Positions 50,850-62,603 of a DNA stretch of 64,000 nt are shown here, piece after piece. The notes under the pieces are model-generated. The model saw nothing but the letters and a program-made list of their open reading frames with translations. It searched no databases and was not told where the DNA came from. This DNA comes from Candidatus Omnitrophota bacterium (GTDB lineage Bacteria; Omnitrophota; Gorgyraeia; Gygaellales; Profunditerraquicolaceae): positions 7,093 to 71,092 of the forward strand of contig JAQTQQ010000003.1 in the NCBI GenBank assembly GCA_028712175.1, written 5' to 3'. Made by a program: the position numbers and the translations under genes. How positions within the stretch are numbered: position 1 is the stretch's first letter; every line of letters starts with the position of its first letter.

Positions 50850-52946
50850 ATGAGAAAAATTCCTTTAGAAAAACTTAGAAACATCGGGATTATCGCCCAT
50901 ATTGATGCCGGTAAGACTACAACCAGCGAGCGTATTCTATTTTATACGGGGAAAAATTATAAAATCGGCGAAGTGCATGATGGTGCAGCTACGATGGACT
51001 GGATGGTGCAGGAACAGGAAAGAGGCATTACTATTACTGTCGCTGCTACGACCTGTAAATGGAAAGATATAACCATTAATTTAATTGATACTCCCGGCCA
51101 CGTTGATTTTACTATTGAAGTAGAAAGATCGCTAAAAGTTTTAGACGGAGCAGTGGTTGTTTTCTGCGGAGTCGGCGGAGTTGAGCCGCAGTCAGAAACC
51201 GTATGGCGCCAGGCAGACCGTTATGGTGTCCCGCGTATTGCTTTTGTGAATAAGATGGACCGTACGGGATCTGATTTTTTTGCAGTCATCGACCAGATGA
51301 AAGAAAGATTAGGGGCAAATGTGGCTGCAATCCAGCTTCCTGTTGGCCGCGAAAGCGGTTTTAACGGGCTTATTGATCTAGTTGATAAAAAACTTATTCA
51401 TTATAAAGATGAGCTGGGTAAAGACATTGAGGTTAAAGATCTTCCCGAAGATATGCTGGCCGATTTTGAGAAATACCGCATGATTCTGGTAGAGAAGGTT
51501 GCCGAGGCAGACGACAAAGTTATGGAAGATTATCTTCAAGGGAAAACCGTAACTAATGAAGAGTTGAAAGCTGCAATCCGCAGGAGTGTTATTGCAAATA
51601 AATTTGTCGCTGTACTTTGCGGGTCATCATTTAAAAATAAAGGCGTGCAATTAGTTTTGGATGCGGTAAAAGATTATCTCCCTTCTCCGCTTGATGTGCC
51701 TCCTGTAAAAGGAACGCATCCAGATTCCGGGGAATTCGAAGAGGTGGCCGCGGATGATAAAGCTCCGTTTACCGCTTTATGTTTTAAGGTCGCATCAGAC
51801 CCCTTTGTCGGTAAAATTTATTTTGTAAGAATGTATTCCGGCGTACTTACCTCCGGGACATATATATATAATGCTTCAAAAAGAGAAAGGGAACGTGTAA
51901 CAAAAATTGTTAAAATGCACGCCAATCATCAGGAGGTAACCGAGACTATTTCGACCGGGGATATCGCAGCCCTTGTCGGCTTAAAGGATACAAAAACCGG
52001 GGACACCTTGTGTACGGAAAAAAATCCTATTCTTATTGAAGCGATGCGATTTCCTGAGCCGGTTATTCAGCAGGCGATTGAGCCTAAATCAAAAGACGCG
52101 CAGGAGAAATTAGGCTTGGCTATGCATAAACTGGAAGATGAAGACCCGTCATTCAGGGTTAGCTATAACCAGGAAACCGGCCAAACTCTCATTGCCGGCA
52201 TGGGCCAGCTGCATCTTGAAATTATTATCGACAGGATCTTGCGTGAATTTAATGTTGAGGCTACCGTCGGCTCACCGCAGGTTGCTTACCGTGAAACGAT
52301 CAGAAAAAGCGTTTCCAGCGTGGGAAAATTTATTTCGCAGTCCGGCGGACGCGGCCAATATGGCCATTGTGTTATTGAGATGAGCCCGCAGGAGACACCC
52401 GGGATGGGTAATACATTTGAAGATAAAATTAAAAGCGGAGCAATCCCGCGTGAATTTATTCCTGCCGTAAAGCAGGGAGTTATGGGTGCGGCCAAAAACG
52501 GCGTATTGGCAGGGTATCCTGTTACCGACGTAAAAGTTGTTTTAGTTGATGGTTCATTCCATGAAGTCGACTCTTCGGAGCTGGCATTTAAAATGGCAGG
52601 GTCTATTGCTTTTCAGGATGGGATGAAAAAAGCGCATCCTGTTTTACTTGAGCCGATTATGGATATCGAAGTAGTTGTGCCTGAAGAATTTATGGGCCAG
52701 ATTATCGGAGACTTAAGCTCAAGACGCGCAAAAATAATTGCCCTCGGTCAGAGATTGAATCTACGTACTATCCGGGCCAATGTTCCGTTGTCAGAAGTTT
52801 TTAATTACGCAACGGTAACAAGATCCTTGACACAGGGCCGTGCATCGTATACAATGGAACCTTCCTTTTACAGCGAGGTTCCTGCTCATGTAGCGGAAAA
52901 AGTTATTTTAGGGGCGTCTACCACAAAGACAAGAAAAACTTTTTAA
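50850..52946 (+). CDS. fusA: elongation factor G
   Basis: 698 aa. G-domain motifs [17 protein letters not shown] and NKMD are present, followed by domains II-V. Confidence 0.95.
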   Translation: MRKIPLEKLRNIGIIAHIDAGKTTTSERILFYTGKNYKIGEVHDGAATMDWMVQEQERGITITVAATTCKWKDITINLIDTPGHVDFTIEVERSLKVLDGAVVVFCGVGGVEPQSETVWRQADRYGVPRIAFVNKMDRTGSDFFAVIDQMKERLGANVAAIQLPVGRESGFNGLIDLVDKKLIHYKDELGKDIEVKDLPEDMLADFEKYRMILVEKVAEADDKVMEDYLQGKTVTNEELKAAIRRSVIANKFVAVLCGSSFKNKGVQLVLDAVKDYLPSPLDVPPVKGTHPDSGEFEEVAADDKAPFTALCFKVASDPFVGKIYFVRMYSGVLTSGTYIYNASKRERERVTKIVKMHANHQEVTETISTGDIAALVGLKDTKTGDTLCTEKNPILIEAMRFPEPVIQQAIEPKSKDAQEKLGLAMHKLEDEDPSFRVSYNQETGQTLIAGMGQLHLEIIIDRILREFNVEATVGSPQVAYRETIRKSVSSVGKFISQSGGRGQYGHCVIEMSPQETPGMGNTFEDKIKSGAIPREFIPAVKQGVMGAAKNGVLAGYPVTDVKVVLVDGSFHEVDSSELAFKMAGSIAFQDGMKKAHPVLLEPIMDIEVVVPEEFMGQIIGDLSSRRAKIIALGQRLNLRTIRANVPLSEVFNYATVTRSLTQGRASYTMEPSFYSEVPAHVAEKVILGASTTKTRKTF

Positions 52947-52965
52947 AAAAACAGGAGGATAAGAA

Positions 52966-54168
52966 ATGGCTAAAGAAAAATTTGTAAGGAGTAAGCCGCA
53001 CGTAAATATCGGGACCATCGGCCATATTGATCACGGTAAAACAACGCTTACTGCTGCAATATGCAACGTTCTTTCAAAAACCGGACAGGCTACCGCCAGA
53101 GACTATGCGGATATCGCAAAAGGCGGCACAGTTAGAGACGAGACAAAGGTAGTTACTATTTCGGTTGCCCACGTTGAATATGAAACAGCTGCACGGCACT
53201 ATGCGCATATTGACTGCCCGGGCCACGCAGATTACATTAAGAATATGATTACCGGAGCAGCCCAGATGGATGGGGCAATCCTGGTAGTTTCCGCAGCTGA
53301 CGGCCCTATGCCTCAGACCAGAGAGCATATTCTTTTAGCACGCCAGGTTAATGTTCCTTCTATGGTTGTATTTATGAACAAAGTTGATTTGGTTGATGAT
53401 AAAGAGCTTCTGGATTTGGTTGAAATGGAAATAAGGGAGCTTTTAACTAAATACGGATACCCGGGAGATAAAACGCCGATTATCCGCGGCAGTGCCAATA
53501 AGGCATATGCGGCAACTGATGCGAACAGCGCGGAAGCCAAGCCGATTCTTGATTTAATAAAAGCGGTAGATGAGTTTATTCCTCTTCCGCCCAGAGAATT
53601 GGATAAGCCTTTACTTATGGCTGTTGAAGATGTTTTTAGTATCGAGGGTAGAGGAACAGTAGGTACCGGAAGAATTGAACGTGGAAAAGTTAAGGTTGGA
53701 GAAGAGGTCGAGATTATCGGTTTAAGGCCCGAGCCCAGAAAATCCGTAGTTACCGGAATAGAAATGTTCCGTAAGCTTCTTGATGAGGGCCAGGCAGGAG
53801 ATAACGTTGGCCTTCTCTTAAGAGGCATCGAAAAAAATGATATTGAACGCGGGATGGTTATTGCTGCGCCTAAATCCATTATGCCTCATACAAAATTTAA
53901 GGCAAAGGTTTACATTTTGACCAAAGAAGAAGGCGGCAGACATACACCATTTTTCAAAGGTTATCGTCCGCAGTTCTATTTCCGTACTACCGATGTTACA
54001 GGCTCTGCCAATCTTCCTGAAGGCGTAGAAATGGTCATGCCGGGGGATAATGTGGAACTGAATGTCGAATTAATTACGCCGGTTGCTATAGAAAAAGAGT
54101 CGCGTTTTGCTATTCGTGAAGGCGGCCATACCGTAGGTGCCGGGGTAGTGACCGAGGTTATTGCTTAA
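52966..54168 (+). CDS. tuf: elongation factor Tu
   Basis: 400 aa with [18 protein letters not shown] and NKVD motifs. A Rho-independent terminator follows. Confidence 0.95.
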   Translation: MAKEKFVRSKPHVNIGTIGHIDHGKTTLTAAICNVLSKTGQATARDYADIAKGGTVRDETKVVTISVAHVEYETAARHYAHIDCPGHADYIKNMITGAAQMDGAILVVSAADGPMPQTREHILLARQVNVPSMVVFMNKVDLVDDKELLDLVEMEIRELLTKYGYPGDKTPIIRGSANKAYAATDANSAEAKPILDLIKAVDEFIPLPPRELDKPLLMAVEDVFSIEGRGTVGTGRIERGKVKVGEEVEIIGLRPEPRKSVVTGIEMFRKLLDEGQAGDNVGLLLRGIEKNDIERGMVIAAPKSIMPHTKFKAKVYILTKEEGGRHTPFFKGYRPQFYFRTTDVTGSANLPEGVEMVMPGDNVELNVELITPVAIEKESRFAIREGGHTVGAGVVTEVIA

Positions 54169-54169
54169 T

Positions 54170-54198
54170 CCTGTAAGTTTTATTTACAGGAATTTTTA
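54170..54198 (+). terminator. Rho-independent terminator after tuf
   Basis: A 7-bp stem cctgtaa / ttacagg with loop gttttat is followed by aattttta. Confidence 0.6.
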
Positions 54199-54228
54199 TA
54201 TTCGAGAGGTTTAAAGTACACTAAAAGA

Positions 54229-54534
54229 ATGAATACTCAAAAGATTCGTATTAAACTAAAAGCCTACGATCACAGGCTTTTGGATCAGGCAGTAATAGAG
54301 ATTGTTGATACCGTTAAGCGTACTGGCGCCAAAATTTCGGGGCCAGTACCGCTTCCTACGAAGCGCGAAATTTATACGGTGCTGCGTTCTGTGCATGTTG
54401 ATAAAAAGTCGCGCGAACAGTTTGATTTATCTACCCATAAACGCCTTATTGACATCTTTGAGCCCACAGCTAAGACCATCGATTCATTAAGGAAGCTAAA
54501 CCTGCCGGCAGGAGTGGACGTAGAGATCAAGTAA
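54229..54534 (+). CDS. rpsJ: 30S ribosomal protein S10
   Basis: 101 aa. Begins [20 protein letters not shown]. Confidence 0.95.
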   Translation: MNTQKIRIKLKAYDHRLLDQAVIEIVDTVKRTGAKISGPVPLPTKREIYTVLRSVHVDKKSREQFDLSTHKRLIDIFEPTAKTIDSLRKLNLPAGVDVEIK

Positions 54535-54561
54535 TAAAATCAATATAGAAGGTTAATTGAA

Positions 54562-55197
54562 ATGATCGGATTAATTGGTAAAAAAATCGGTATGACTCAA
54601 ATTTTCGCTGAAGATAACAGCCAGGTTGCTGTTACCGCTATCCAGGCAGGGCCCTGTCCGATACTGATGGTTAATGGCAAAAATATCCAGCTGGGTTTTG
54701 ATTTGGTGAAAGAAAAAAGCGTGAAAAAACCCCAATTGGGTTTTTTTAAAAAAATAAATATTACTCCGCGCAATGTAATTAAGGATGTTTCAAAAGAAGC
54801 GGGAGTTGAGTATAAGGTTGGGGAAGAGCTTAAAGTGGACCTTTTTTCTGAAGGTGATTTTGTAGATATCAGCGGGATTTCTATCGGTAAAGGTTTTGCC
54901 GGCGGCATGAAGCGTTGGCACTGGAAAGGCGGCCCGCGCACGCATGGTTCAACTAGCCATCGCAGAGTCGGGTCCATAGGCTCAAGCACTACTCCCGGAA
55001 GAGTCTTTAGAGGGCACCATATGCCGGGGCATTTAGGCGCACAGAAGGCTACAATACAGAATTTGAAAGTTATCAGGGTAGATTTGGCGAATAATCTTCT
55101 TTTGGTAGAAGGCGGAGTCCCCGGGCACAAAAACGGATATTTAGTAATAACTAAAGCCCTGAAAAAAAGACCGAAGAAAGCGGCGGTAAAGAAATAA
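54562..55197 (+). CDS. rplC: 50S ribosomal protein L3
   Basis: 211 aa. Begins MIGLIGKKIGMTQIF and contains FKGGPRTHGS. Confidence 0.95.
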   Translation: MIGLIGKKIGMTQIFAEDNSQVAVTAIQAGPCPILMVNGKNIQLGFDLVKEKSVKKPQLGFFKKINITPRNVIKDVSKEAGVEYKVGEELKVDLFSEGDFVDISGISIGKGFAGGMKRWHWKGGPRTHGSTSHRRVGSIGSSTTPGRVFRGHHMPGHLGAQKATIQNLKVIRVDLANNLLLVEGGVPGHKNGYLVITKALKKRPKKAAVKK

Positions 55198-55198
55198 T

Positions 55199-55960
55199 AT
55201 GTTTACCCCCTTAGAGAACAGCGATAAATCGGATAAAAATATGCATAATGAAGCTCATGTCGGCTCGAAGGCGTCATCAGTAAAAACCGTTAAAGAACGA
55301 GGGTCGCTAGCGGGATTTACATTGCCTGTATATAACATTGAAGGCAAAGAAATAGATACAATAAAACTCAATGCTGCTATTTTTGATGGCAGTCAGAATG
55401 CCGATTGCCTTCATCAGGCTATTGAAAATTATAGGGCTAATCAAAGAAAGGGTCTGGCTTCTACTAAAACCCGTGGCGAGGTTTCAGGCGGCGGCAGGAA
55501 GCCATGGAAACAAAAGGGTACAGGCCGGGCGCGAGTGGGTTCAACACGCTCGCCGCTTTGGAGGCATGGAGGAGTAGTTTTTGGCCCCCATCCTCGCGAT
55601 TTTTCTTATGATCTCCCGCAGAAGATAAAATCCGCAGCTTTAAAGACCAGCTTAAACCTTAAGTTGAAAGAAAATAATTTCATGATACTGGATGAATTTA
55701 AAATCGAAAAGCCTAAGACTAAGTTAGCAGTAGGAATATTCAGCAATCTTAAGTTATTTTCGGCCAAAGAAAAAAAAGAGAAAAAAGTTTTGTTTTTAAC
55801 GCATAAGTTAGACCCTGAGCTGAAGAAAGCTTTAAAGAATATCAGTTTCTTAACCGTAGATTTAGCCAGCAATTGCCATGCTTACGAAGTAATGAATAGC
55901 CAAAAACTGCTTGTTACCAAAGCTGCTGTTTCGGATCTAACATCGAGGTTAAAATCATGA
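55199..55960 (+). CDS. rplD: 50S ribosomal protein L4 (about 40-aa N-terminal extension if the start at 55199 is real)
   Basis: The L4 core runs from TLPVYNIEGKE… and includes GGGRKPWKQKGTGRAR. An alternative start at M55244 would shorten the extension. Confidence 0.85.
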   Translation: MFTPLENSDKSDKNMHNEAHVGSKASSVKTVKERGSLAGFTLPVYNIEGKEIDTIKLNAAIFDGSQNADCLHQAIENYRANQRKGLASTKTRGEVSGGGRKPWKQKGTGRARVGSTRSPLWRHGGVVFGPHPRDFSYDLPQKIKSAALKTSLNLKLKENNFMILDEFKIEKPKTKLAVGIFSNLKLFSAKEKKEKKVLFLTHKLDPELKKALKNISFLTVDLASNCHAYEVMNSQKLLVTKAAVSDLTSRLKS

Positions 55961-56235
55961 GCGATTTGCCGGTTATAATTAAAGCGCTTCTGCAGACCGA
56001 GAAATCAAGCGGTTATTCTTCGAGCGGGAAATACCTTTTTCTGGTAAATAATTCTGCCAACAAGATCCAGATTAAAAAAGCGGTAGAGCAGATTTATAAA
56101 GTTAAGGTAAAGAATGTGAATACATTTGTTTCAATGGGCAAGCTTAAAAGAGTAAGGCATCAGTTGGGCCGTACAGCTGATACTAAAAGGGCTGTAGTTA
56201 CTTTGGCCGCGGGCCAAAAGATAGAGGTAGCATAA
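55957..56235 (+). CDS. rplW: 50S ribosomal protein L23
   Basis: 92 aa at the conserved position between rplD and rplB. Confidence 0.9.
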   Translation: MSDLPVIIKALLQTEKSSGYSSSGKYLFLVNNSANKIQIKKAVEQIYKVKVKNVNTFVSMGKLKRVRHQLGRTADTKRAVVTLAAGQKIEVA

Positions 56236-57071
56236 TGGGTATAATCAAATTTAAACCAACTACACCAAGCCGCAGGCATATGAGCGGAGCGGATTTCTCC
56301 GAAATCACTAAAGGCAGGCCGGAGCGTTCTTTATTGGTCCCGCTTAAAAAAACCGGCGGGAGGAATGCTTATGGCCGTATTACTACCAGGCATATCGGAG
56401 GCGGGCATAAACGCATGCTGCGTATAATAGATTTTAAGCGGGATATTTATGACCAGCCGGCAAAAGTTATAGCTATAGAATATGACCCTAACCGTTCGGC
56501 AAGAATTGCTTTGGTAGAATATGCGGATAAACAGAAGCGTTACATTATTGCCCCGCTTGGGCTGAATGTAGGGGATGAAGTCCTTGCCAGCAACCAGAAG
56601 GATGTTGAGATCAAGCTTGGTAATTGCTTACTTTTGCGCAATATTCCTTCGGGCACATTGATTCACAATATAGAGTTATCAAAAGGAAAAGGCGGGCAAA
56701 TTGTCCGTGGTGCAGGAACCAGTGCGCAGATTATGGCAAAAGAATCGGATATGGCGCATGTCAGGCTGCCAAGCGGCGAAGTAAGGTTAGTCAGCTTAGA
56801 TTGCCATGCTACTATCGGACAAATCGGTAATATTGACCATGATGCGATTATACTGGGTAAAGCCGGTAAGAGCAGATGGTTAGGGATTAAGCCTTCAGTT
56901 AGAGGCGTAGTAATGAATCCTTTTGATCACCCCCACGGGGGCGGCGAAGGCAAAAGCGGGCAAGGTAATCCTCATCCGGTTACTCCATGGGGTAAGCCTA
57001 CCAAAGGTTACCGAACAAGAAACCGCAATAAGTATTCTAATAAATTTATTGTCAAGAGAAGGAAGCCATAA
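56235..57071 (+). CDS. rplB: 50S ribosomal protein L2
   Basis: 278 aa with [19 protein letters not shown] and PHGGGEGK motifs. Confidence 0.95.
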   Translation: MGIIKFKPTTPSRRHMSGADFSEITKGRPERSLLVPLKKTGGRNAYGRITTRHIGGGHKRMLRIIDFKRDIYDQPAKVIAIEYDPNRSARIALVEYADKQKRYIIAPLGLNVGDEVLASNQKDVEIKLGNCLLLRNIPSGTLIHNIELSKGKGGQIVRGAGTSAQIMAKESDMAHVRLPSGEVRLVSLDCHATIGQIGNIDHDAIILGKAGKSRWLGIKPSVRGVVMNPFDHPHGGGEGKSGQGNPHPVTPWGKPTKGYRTRNRNKYSNKFIVKRRKP

Positions 57072-57072
57072 T

Positions 57073-57360
57073 ATGCCACGATCATTAAAAAAAGGCCCAT
57101 ACGTTGAGGAGAGTTTATTAAGGAAGGTCGAAAAGCAGACAAAAGCCGGCTTGCGTCAAGCGATTAAAACCTGGAGCAGGCGTTCAACAGTAATTCCTGA
57201 TTTCGTAGGTTTGACTTTTGCTGTATATGACGGAAAGAAACATATCCCGGTTTTCGTCACCGAGAATATGGTTGGGCACAAGTTAGGAGAATTTGCTCCC
57301 TCGAGAATATTTAAAAAACACGGCGGTATTAAGGCTAAGAAGGCTTTAGAGAAAACATAA
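57073..57360 (+). CDS. rpsS: 30S ribosomal protein S19
   Basis: Begins [16 protein letters not shown] and contains [23 protein letters not shown]. The track ORF extends upstream into rplB and is spurious; I used the start at 57073. Confidence 0.95.
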   Translation: MPRSLKKGPYVEESLLRKVEKQTKAGLRQAIKTWSRRSTVIPDFVGLTFAVYDGKKHIPVFVTENMVGHKLGEFAPSRIFKKHGGIKAKKALEKT

Positions 57361-57361
57361 A

Positions 57362-57700
57362 ATGATTGCATACGCTTCCGGAAAATTCTTAAGGATTTCA
57401 CCAAGCAAGGTACGTATCGTAGCTGATTTGATACGCGGCAAAGACGTTACCTATGCCCAGGGGGTCTTGCTGCATTTAAATAAAAGATCAAAGGAATACC
57501 TTATAAAGATATTAAAATCTGCGGTTGCTAATGCCAAGGTAAAGGGTTTTACGGCAGATAAACTGTATATTTCAAAGATTGTTTGTGATTGCGGTCCGAT
57601 GTGGAAAAGGTTTAAGGCCGCTGCTTTTGGAAGGGCCTCGGGAATAGTCAAGCGTACCGTGCATATAAAAATTGAGTTGGATTTAAAGCAAGGAGCATAA
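57362..57700 (+). CDS. rplV: 50S ribosomal protein L22
   Basis: 112 aa at the conserved S10-operon position. Confidence 0.9.
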   Translation: MIAYASGKFLRISPSKVRIVADLIRGKDVTYAQGVLLHLNKRSKEYLIKILKSAVANAKVKGFTADKLYISKIVCDCGPMWKRFKAAAFGRASGIVKRTVHIKIELDLKQGA

Positions 57701-57703
57701 TTT

Positions 57704-58423
57704 ATGGGACATAAGGTAAGTCCTTTATTATTAAGGATGGGTTTTATAAGGCAGTGGCATTCCCGGTGGTTTGCTAAGCCGAAGGATTTTGCGGCGCTTA
57801 TCCAGCAGGATTATAAAATCAGGAAATTTATAAAGGCTAAATTTAAACAGGCCGCAATTTCTAAGGTTGTTGTTGAAAGGCTGGCAGATAAGATAAAAAT
57901 CCGTATATTTTCCGCGCGTCCCGGTATCATTATCGGCCGTCACGGTTCGGATATTGAGCGCCTGAGAGGAGACTTGAATAGTTTGGTTAAAAGTGAACTT
58001 TCGATTGATATCCAGGAAGTAAATAAACCCGCATGGGACGCGCAATTAGTTGCAGAAAACATTGCATTACAGCAAGAAAAAAGAATCGCTTTTCGCCGTG
58101 CTGTAAAAAGGGCGATGGAGCAGTCGATTCAGGCCGGTGTCAAGGGGATCAGGGTCAGTTGTTCGGGCCGGCTCAATGGAGCAGAGATGAGCCGTAAAGA
58201 AACCTATAAAATCGGCAAGATACCTTTACAGACTTTACGTGCGGACATTGATTACGGTTTTGCCGAGGCCCTTACTACCTATGGTTTAATCGGAGTTAAG
58301 GTTTGGATTTATAAAGGCGACATCTTGGGAAAACAATTTATCCAAGAGGAAGGTAATGTCTCCCAGCAGGCGCAAGCTAACCCAGCCTTAAAGCCGGCAC
58401 CCGTACGACAGGATAAGGAGTAA
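57704..58423 (+). CDS. rpsC: 30S ribosomal protein S3
   Basis: 239 aa. Begins [24 protein letters not shown] and has KH and S3-C domains. Confidence 0.95.
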   Translation: MGHKVSPLLLRMGFIRQWHSRWFAKPKDFAALIQQDYKIRKFIKAKFKQAAISKVVVERLADKIKIRIFSARPGIIIGRHGSDIERLRGDLNSLVKSELSIDIQEVNKPAWDAQLVAENIALQQEKRIAFRRAVKRAMEQSIQAGVKGIRVSCSGRLNGAEMSRKETYKIGKIPLQTLRADIDYGFAEALTTYGLIGVKVWIYKGDILGKQFIQEEGNVSQQAQANPALKPAPVRQDKE

Positions 58424-58425
58424 CG

Positions 58426-58842
58426 ATGGTTTTAATACCCAAGAGGGTTAAATATCGCAAATTACAGAAAGGCCAGCGCCGCGGTATAGCTACTACTGGC
58501 GCTAGCGTTGCCTTCGGCGAATTTGGTTTAAAATCTTTAGATAACGGTTGGATAAAAAATACTCAAATTGAAGCGGTGAGAGTTATCTTGGCGCGGCAGT
58601 TACATAAAGGCGGAAAGTTATGGATAAGGATATTTCCTGATAAATCCATAACCAAGAAGCCGGCGGAAGTACGTATGGGAAAAGGAAAAGGAGATCTTGA
58701 CCATTGGGTTGCGGTAGTTAAACGCGGGCGGGTGCTCTTTGAGCTAGGCGGAGTTCCCCAAGAATATGCTAAGGCGTGTTTCCGCCTTGCAGCTTACAAA
58801 TTGCCTCTTCGCACAAAATTTGTGGTCAGGATGCATAAATAA
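58426..58842 (+). CDS. rplP: 50S ribosomal protein L16
   Basis: 138 aa. Begins [20 protein letters not shown]. Confidence 0.95.
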   Translation: MVLIPKRVKYRKLQKGQRRGIATTGASVAFGEFGLKSLDNGWIKNTQIEAVRVILARQLHKGGKLWIRIFPDKSITKKPAEVRMGKGKGDLDHWVAVVKRGRVLFELGGVPQEYAKACFRLAAYKLPLRTKFVVRMHK

Positions 58843-58843
58843 A

Positions 58844-59035
58844 ATGAAACCTCAAGGATTAAAAGATTTATCAAAAACAGAATTATTGGAAAAGGAAAAA
58901 GGGCTCTACGGCGAATTATCCAAATTAAATTTACAGCGATATACGGGGAGTGTCGAGAAGCCGCATAAGTTTGCACTGATAAAGAAAGATATTGCGCGCA
59001 TCAGGACAATCTTAAACCAGAAGAAAGATAAATAA
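58844..59035 (+). CDS. rpmC: 50S ribosomal protein L29
   Basis: 63 aa, [31 protein letters not shown]…. The start was chosen at 58844; the track ORF begins upstream inside rplP. Confidence 0.9.
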   Translation: MKPQGLKDLSKTELLEKEKGLYGELSKLNLQRYTGSVEKPHKFALIKKDIARIRTILNQKKDK

Positions 59036-59036
59036 G

Positions 59037-59318
59037 ATGGGTAAAAAGAAAGAATTTACGGGAGTTGTTGTAAGCGATAAGATGCAAAAGACTGTTGTCG
59101 TTAAAACCATGCATTTGGCCAGGCATCACAAATATTCTAAGACTGTGAAACTTCATAATAAATTTAAGGCCCATGATGAAAAGGGTATTGCAAAAACCGG
59201 AGATATCGTGACTATTATGGAAACAAGGCCTTTATCAAAAGATAAGCGTTTTATAGTTAAGGCTGTCCTTAAAAAGTCAGAGGAAGCGCATATATCTTTG
59301 CCAGAGGAGAATATTTAA
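59037..59318 (+). CDS. rpsQ: 30S ribosomal protein S17
   Basis: 93 aa with [14 protein letters not shown] and a C-terminal extension. Confidence 0.9.
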   Translation: MGKKKEFTGVVVSDKMQKTVVVKTMHLARHHKYSKTVKLHNKFKAHDEKGIAKTGDIVTIMETRPLSKDKRFIVKAVLKKSEEAHISLPEENI

Positions 59319-59687
59319 ATGCTTCAATTGCGCAGTATTTTTGATGTTGCCGATAATACCGGAGCCCGTAAGGCGTCCATGATCTGTGTACTCAAGAAAA
59401 TGGGAAGTTTTAGAGCCGGAATTGGAGATGTGGTAAGGGTTAATATCAAGGAATCTATACCCGGGGCAACAGTTAAAAAAGGGGAAAAGGCATTGGCGGT
59501 TATCGTACGCACCAGGCATGATATAAAAAGGGCAGACGGATCAATCTTGCGTTTTGACCGGAATGCGGTAGTGATTATTGACGATAAAGATAACCCCAGG
59601 GGCACGCGTGTATTCGGCCCGGTTGCCCGAGAGTTAAGAGATAAAAACTTTAATAAAATAATTTCATTAGCACCAGAGGTAATTTAA
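59319..59687 (+). CDS. rplN: 50S ribosomal protein L14
   Basis: 122 aa. Begins MLQLRSIFDVADNTGARK. Confidence 0.95.
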   Translation: MLQLRSIFDVADNTGARKASMICVLKKMGSFRAGIGDVVRVNIKESIPGATVKKGEKALAVIVRTRHDIKRADGSILRFDRNAVVIIDDKDNPRGTRVFGPVARELRDKNFNKIISLAPEVI

Positions 59688-59998
59688 TGCAAAAAATTAA
59701 AAAGAACGATATTGTGCAGATAATTAAAGGCAAAGATAAAGGTAAACAGGGGAAAATAATCAGCATTGTTAAAAATGGTTCTTCTGCCTTGGTTGAAGGC
59801 CGTAATTTATCCAAGAAGCACAAACGTCAGAGCCGTCAGGATCAAAAGGGCGGAATAATTTCCATAGAGATGCCGGTTAGTGTTTCTAACCTGATGGTTT
59901 TTTGCAAACATTGTTCAAAACCTGCCCGCGTCGGAATAATGGTTTTAAAGGACGGGTCAAAATCCAGATTTTGCAAAAGCTGCAAAGAGGCCTTATAA
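59687..59998 (+). CDS. rplX: 50S ribosomal protein L24
   Basis: 103 aa with a KOW motif (KKNDIVQIIKGKDKGKQGKI). Confidence 0.9.
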   Translation: MQKIKKNDIVQIIKGKDKGKQGKIISIVKNGSSALVEGRNLSKKHKRQSRQDQKGGIISIEMPVSVSNLMVFCKHCSKPARVGIMVLKDGSKSRFCKSCKEAL

Positions 59999-59999
59999 A

Positions 60000-60557
60000 A
60001 TGGTACCCAGACTATTAGAAAAATATCGTAATGAGATTGTTCCCAAGCTGATGTCAGATTTCAACCTCAAGAATAAAATGGAAGTTCCTGTTGTCGATAA
60101 GGTTGTGGTGAATATGGGGATCGGTGAAGGAACACAGGATATTAAGATTTTGGAAAAATCCGTTGACGAATTGGCAAATATAACCGGACAGAAGCCGATT
60201 ATTCGCAGGGCAAAGAAAGCCATTGCCAATTTTAAAGTCAGGCAGGGGCAGGCTGTGGGGGCCAAGGTTACTTTGCGCCGCGCAATGATGTATGAGTTTA
60301 TGGACCGCCTGCTTAATGTGGCACTTCCCAGGATCCGTGATTTTCGCGGTGTTTCAGCCGATTCTTTTGATAAAGGTAATAATTATACCCTTGGTTTAAG
60401 CGAGCAGATTATATTCCCGGAAATTGAATATGATAAAATTACCCGCACTCAAGGCATGGATATTACTTTTGTAATTAAAAATGCAAAGAATATCGAGCAG
60501 GCAAGGGCTTTATTAAAGTATTTCGGTATGCCTTTTAAAACTAAGGAAGAAAAATAA
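60000..60557 (+). CDS. rplE: 50S ribosomal protein L5
   Basis: 185 aa, …[13 protein letters not shown]…. Confidence 0.95.
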   Translation: MVPRLLEKYRNEIVPKLMSDFNLKNKMEVPVVDKVVVNMGIGEGTQDIKILEKSVDELANITGQKPIIRRAKKAIANFKVRQGQAVGAKVTLRRAMMYEFMDRLLNVALPRIRDFRGVSADSFDKGNNYTLGLSEQIIFPEIEYDKITRTQGMDITFVIKNAKNIEQARALLKYFGMPFKTKEEK

Positions 60558-60561
60558 AAAG

Positions 60562-60747
60562 ATGGCAAAGAATTCTCAAATCGCTAGATGGAAAAGAACG
60601 AGCAAGTTTTCAACGCGCAAATATAACCGTTGCTCTATTTGCGGCCGCAGCGGCGGATATCTTAGAAGATTTCAACTTTGCCGCATTTGTTTTAGAGAGC
60701 TGGTTTGGCAGGGTCTTATCCCCGGAGTGAAGAAGGCCAGCTGGTAA
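60562..60747 (+). CDS. rpsN: 30S ribosomal protein S14 type Z (zinc-binding)
   Basis: 61 aa with CxxC…CxxC ([23 protein letters not shown]). Confidence 0.95.
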   Translation: MAKNSQIARWKRTSKFSTRKYNRCSICGRSGGYLRRFQLCRICFRELVWQGLIPGVKKASW

Positions 60748-60807
60748 AGTAACACCCCGCGTTTATAATGAATTGCGCGGGTGTGCCCGTGAGGGCAAGG
60801 AGAATAA

Positions 60808-61203
60808 ATGTCCAGGACAGATTTAATCGCAGATGTTTTTACAATCATTCGCAATGCCTTATTAATCAAAAAGGACATTGTGGATGTTCCAGCTTCTAGC
60901 AATATCAAAGAGATTATTGCCATTCTGAAAAAGAGCGAATATATCGATAACTTTAAGCTGATTGAAGATAAGAAGCAGGGATTAGTCAGGGTTTATCTGA
61001 AATATATGGCAGGAAAACCTGCTATACGTAATATTAAGCGCGTTTCGAAGCCGGGACTAAGAGTTTATGTTAACGGCAAGAAAATACCAACGGTTTTACG
61101 CGGAAGGGGTATCGCAATAATTTCTACTTCCAAGGGCGTAATTACCGATAAAGAAGCCAGGGAGTTGGGCGTAGGCGGAGAAGTTATAGGTTATATCTGG
61201 TAA
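60808..61203 (+). CDS. rpsH: 30S ribosomal protein S8
   Basis: 131 aa, …DLIADVFTIIRNA…. Confidence 0.95.
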   Translation: MSRTDLIADVFTIIRNALLIKKDIVDVPASSNIKEIIAILKKSEYIDNFKLIEDKKQGLVRVYLKYMAGKPAIRNIKRVSKPGLRVYVNGKKIPTVLRGRGIAIISTSKGVITDKEARELGVGGEVIGYIW

Positions 61204-61230
61204 TCTTGATTCAAATTTCTTAGGAGTTTA

Positions 61231-61785
61231 TTGATGTCTAGAATCGGTAAAAAAATAGTAACAATACCTAAAGATGTAAAGATCGAGGTTAAAGACGGAG
61301 TGGTTTTTGTCCAGGGGCCGAAAGGAAAGCTGCAGCGTAAGTTAAACGACCGTATCAGTATTGAAATTAATGATGGCCAGCTTTTAGTAAAACGAGTTAG
61401 CGATACTAAGGTAGACAAATCAATGCATGGGTTATTCCGCGCTTTAATCATAAATATGATCAAGGGAGTAACCGAGGGTTATCTTAAGGAGCTAGAGATT
61501 ATCGGGGTAGGGTTTAAAGCCGCAGTGGCAGGAAATAAATTAAATATGGCTTTAGGATTTTCGCACCCGGTTAACATTACCATACCCGAAGGGATTAAAA
61601 TCGAAACTCCCAAGCCTACGCAGTTGGTTATAAGGGGTATTGACAAAGAGCTAATAGGGAAGGTAGCGACAGAGATTCGTTTAGTTTATCCGCCTGAGCC
61701 ATATAAAGGAAAAGGGATTCGTTTTGTGGGGGAACATGTGAAGAAAAAGATAGGAAAAGCGCAGGCAACAGGCGGTGGTAAATAA
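61231..61785 (+). CDS. rplF: 50S ribosomal protein L6
   Basis: 184 aa, MSRIGKKIVTIP…, with two L6 repeats. Confidence 0.95.
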   Translation: MMSRIGKKIVTIPKDVKIEVKDGVVFVQGPKGKLQRKLNDRISIEINDGQLLVKRVSDTKVDKSMHGLFRALIINMIKGVTEGYLKELEIIGVGFKAAVAGNKLNMALGFSHPVNITIPEGIKIETPKPTQLVIRGIDKELIGKVATEIRLVYPPEPYKGKGIRFVGEHVKKKIGKAQATGGGK

Positions 61786-62146
61786 AATGAGAAAAAAAGA
61801 AGAGCTAAGGCTTAAAAGGCATAAAAGGCTTAAAATGAAGATGTTCGGCACCCCGGAGAAGCCCCGTTTGGTCGTGCACCGTTCATTAAAAAATATCTCC
61901 GCCCAGGTTTTGGATGATATGACAAATAAGGTTTTGTTTTCTCTTTCTAGTAAAGATAAGGCTTTGAAGGGGAAATTTACTAATGCGGGAAATATAAAAG
62001 CAGCGCAATATTTTGGGCAGGTATTCGCCCAGGCAGCAAAGGAAAAGGGGTATAGTAAAGTTATCTTTGATCGTGCAGGTTATCTCTATCACGGCAGGGT
62101 TAAATCTTTTGCGGATGCATTAAGAGAAGGCGGAATGGAGTTTTAA
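61775..62146 (+). CDS. rplR: 50S ribosomal protein L18
   Basis: 123 aa, …[15 protein letters not shown]…. Confidence 0.9.
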   Translation: MVNKMRKKEELRLKRHKRLKMKMFGTPEKPRLVVHRSLKNISAQVLDDMTNKVLFSLSSKDKALKGKFTNAGNIKAAQYFGQVFAQAAKEKGYSKVIFDRAGYLYHGRVKSFADALREGGMEF

Positions 62147-62149
62147 ATT

Positions 62150-62602
62150 ATGCGTGAATTGACTATTGAGCAACAGTCGGACCTGATTGAAAAAGTTATT
62201 AGTATTAACCGTGTTACTAAGGTAACCAAAGGCGGCAAAAAGCTACATTTTAGCGCATTGGTGGTTGTTGGTGATACCAAGGGAAGAGTTGGTTTTGCCT
62301 TGGATAAAGCCAATGAAGTCGCAGAGGCAATACGTAAATCTTTAACTAAGGCAAAAAAAAGCCTCTTCAGAGTTCCTTTAGAGGGCTCGACTATTCCACA
62401 TGAGGTAATCGGTAAATTCGGGGCGGCAAGTGTTATGCTTAAGCCTGCTTCGGAAGGCACAGGTGTCATAGCCGCAGGCCCGGTACGCGCAATCTGCGAA
62501 GCTGCCGGAATCAAGGATATACTTACCAAATGTTTAAAATCAAATAATCCGATTAATGTTATTAAAGCTACGATGCAAGGGTTAAGGGAACTTAAAGAAT
62601 AA
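62150..62602 (+). CDS. rpsE: 30S ribosomal protein S5
   Basis: 150 aa. The motif [25 protein letters not shown] is present. Confidence 0.95.
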   Translation: MRELTIEQQSDLIEKVISINRVTKVTKGGKKLHFSALVVVGDTKGRVGFALDKANEVAEAIRKSLTKAKKSLFRVPLEGSTIPHEVIGKFGAASVMLKPASEGTGVIAAGPVRAICEAAGIKDILTKCLKSNNPINVIKATMQGLRELKE

Positions 62603-62603
62603 A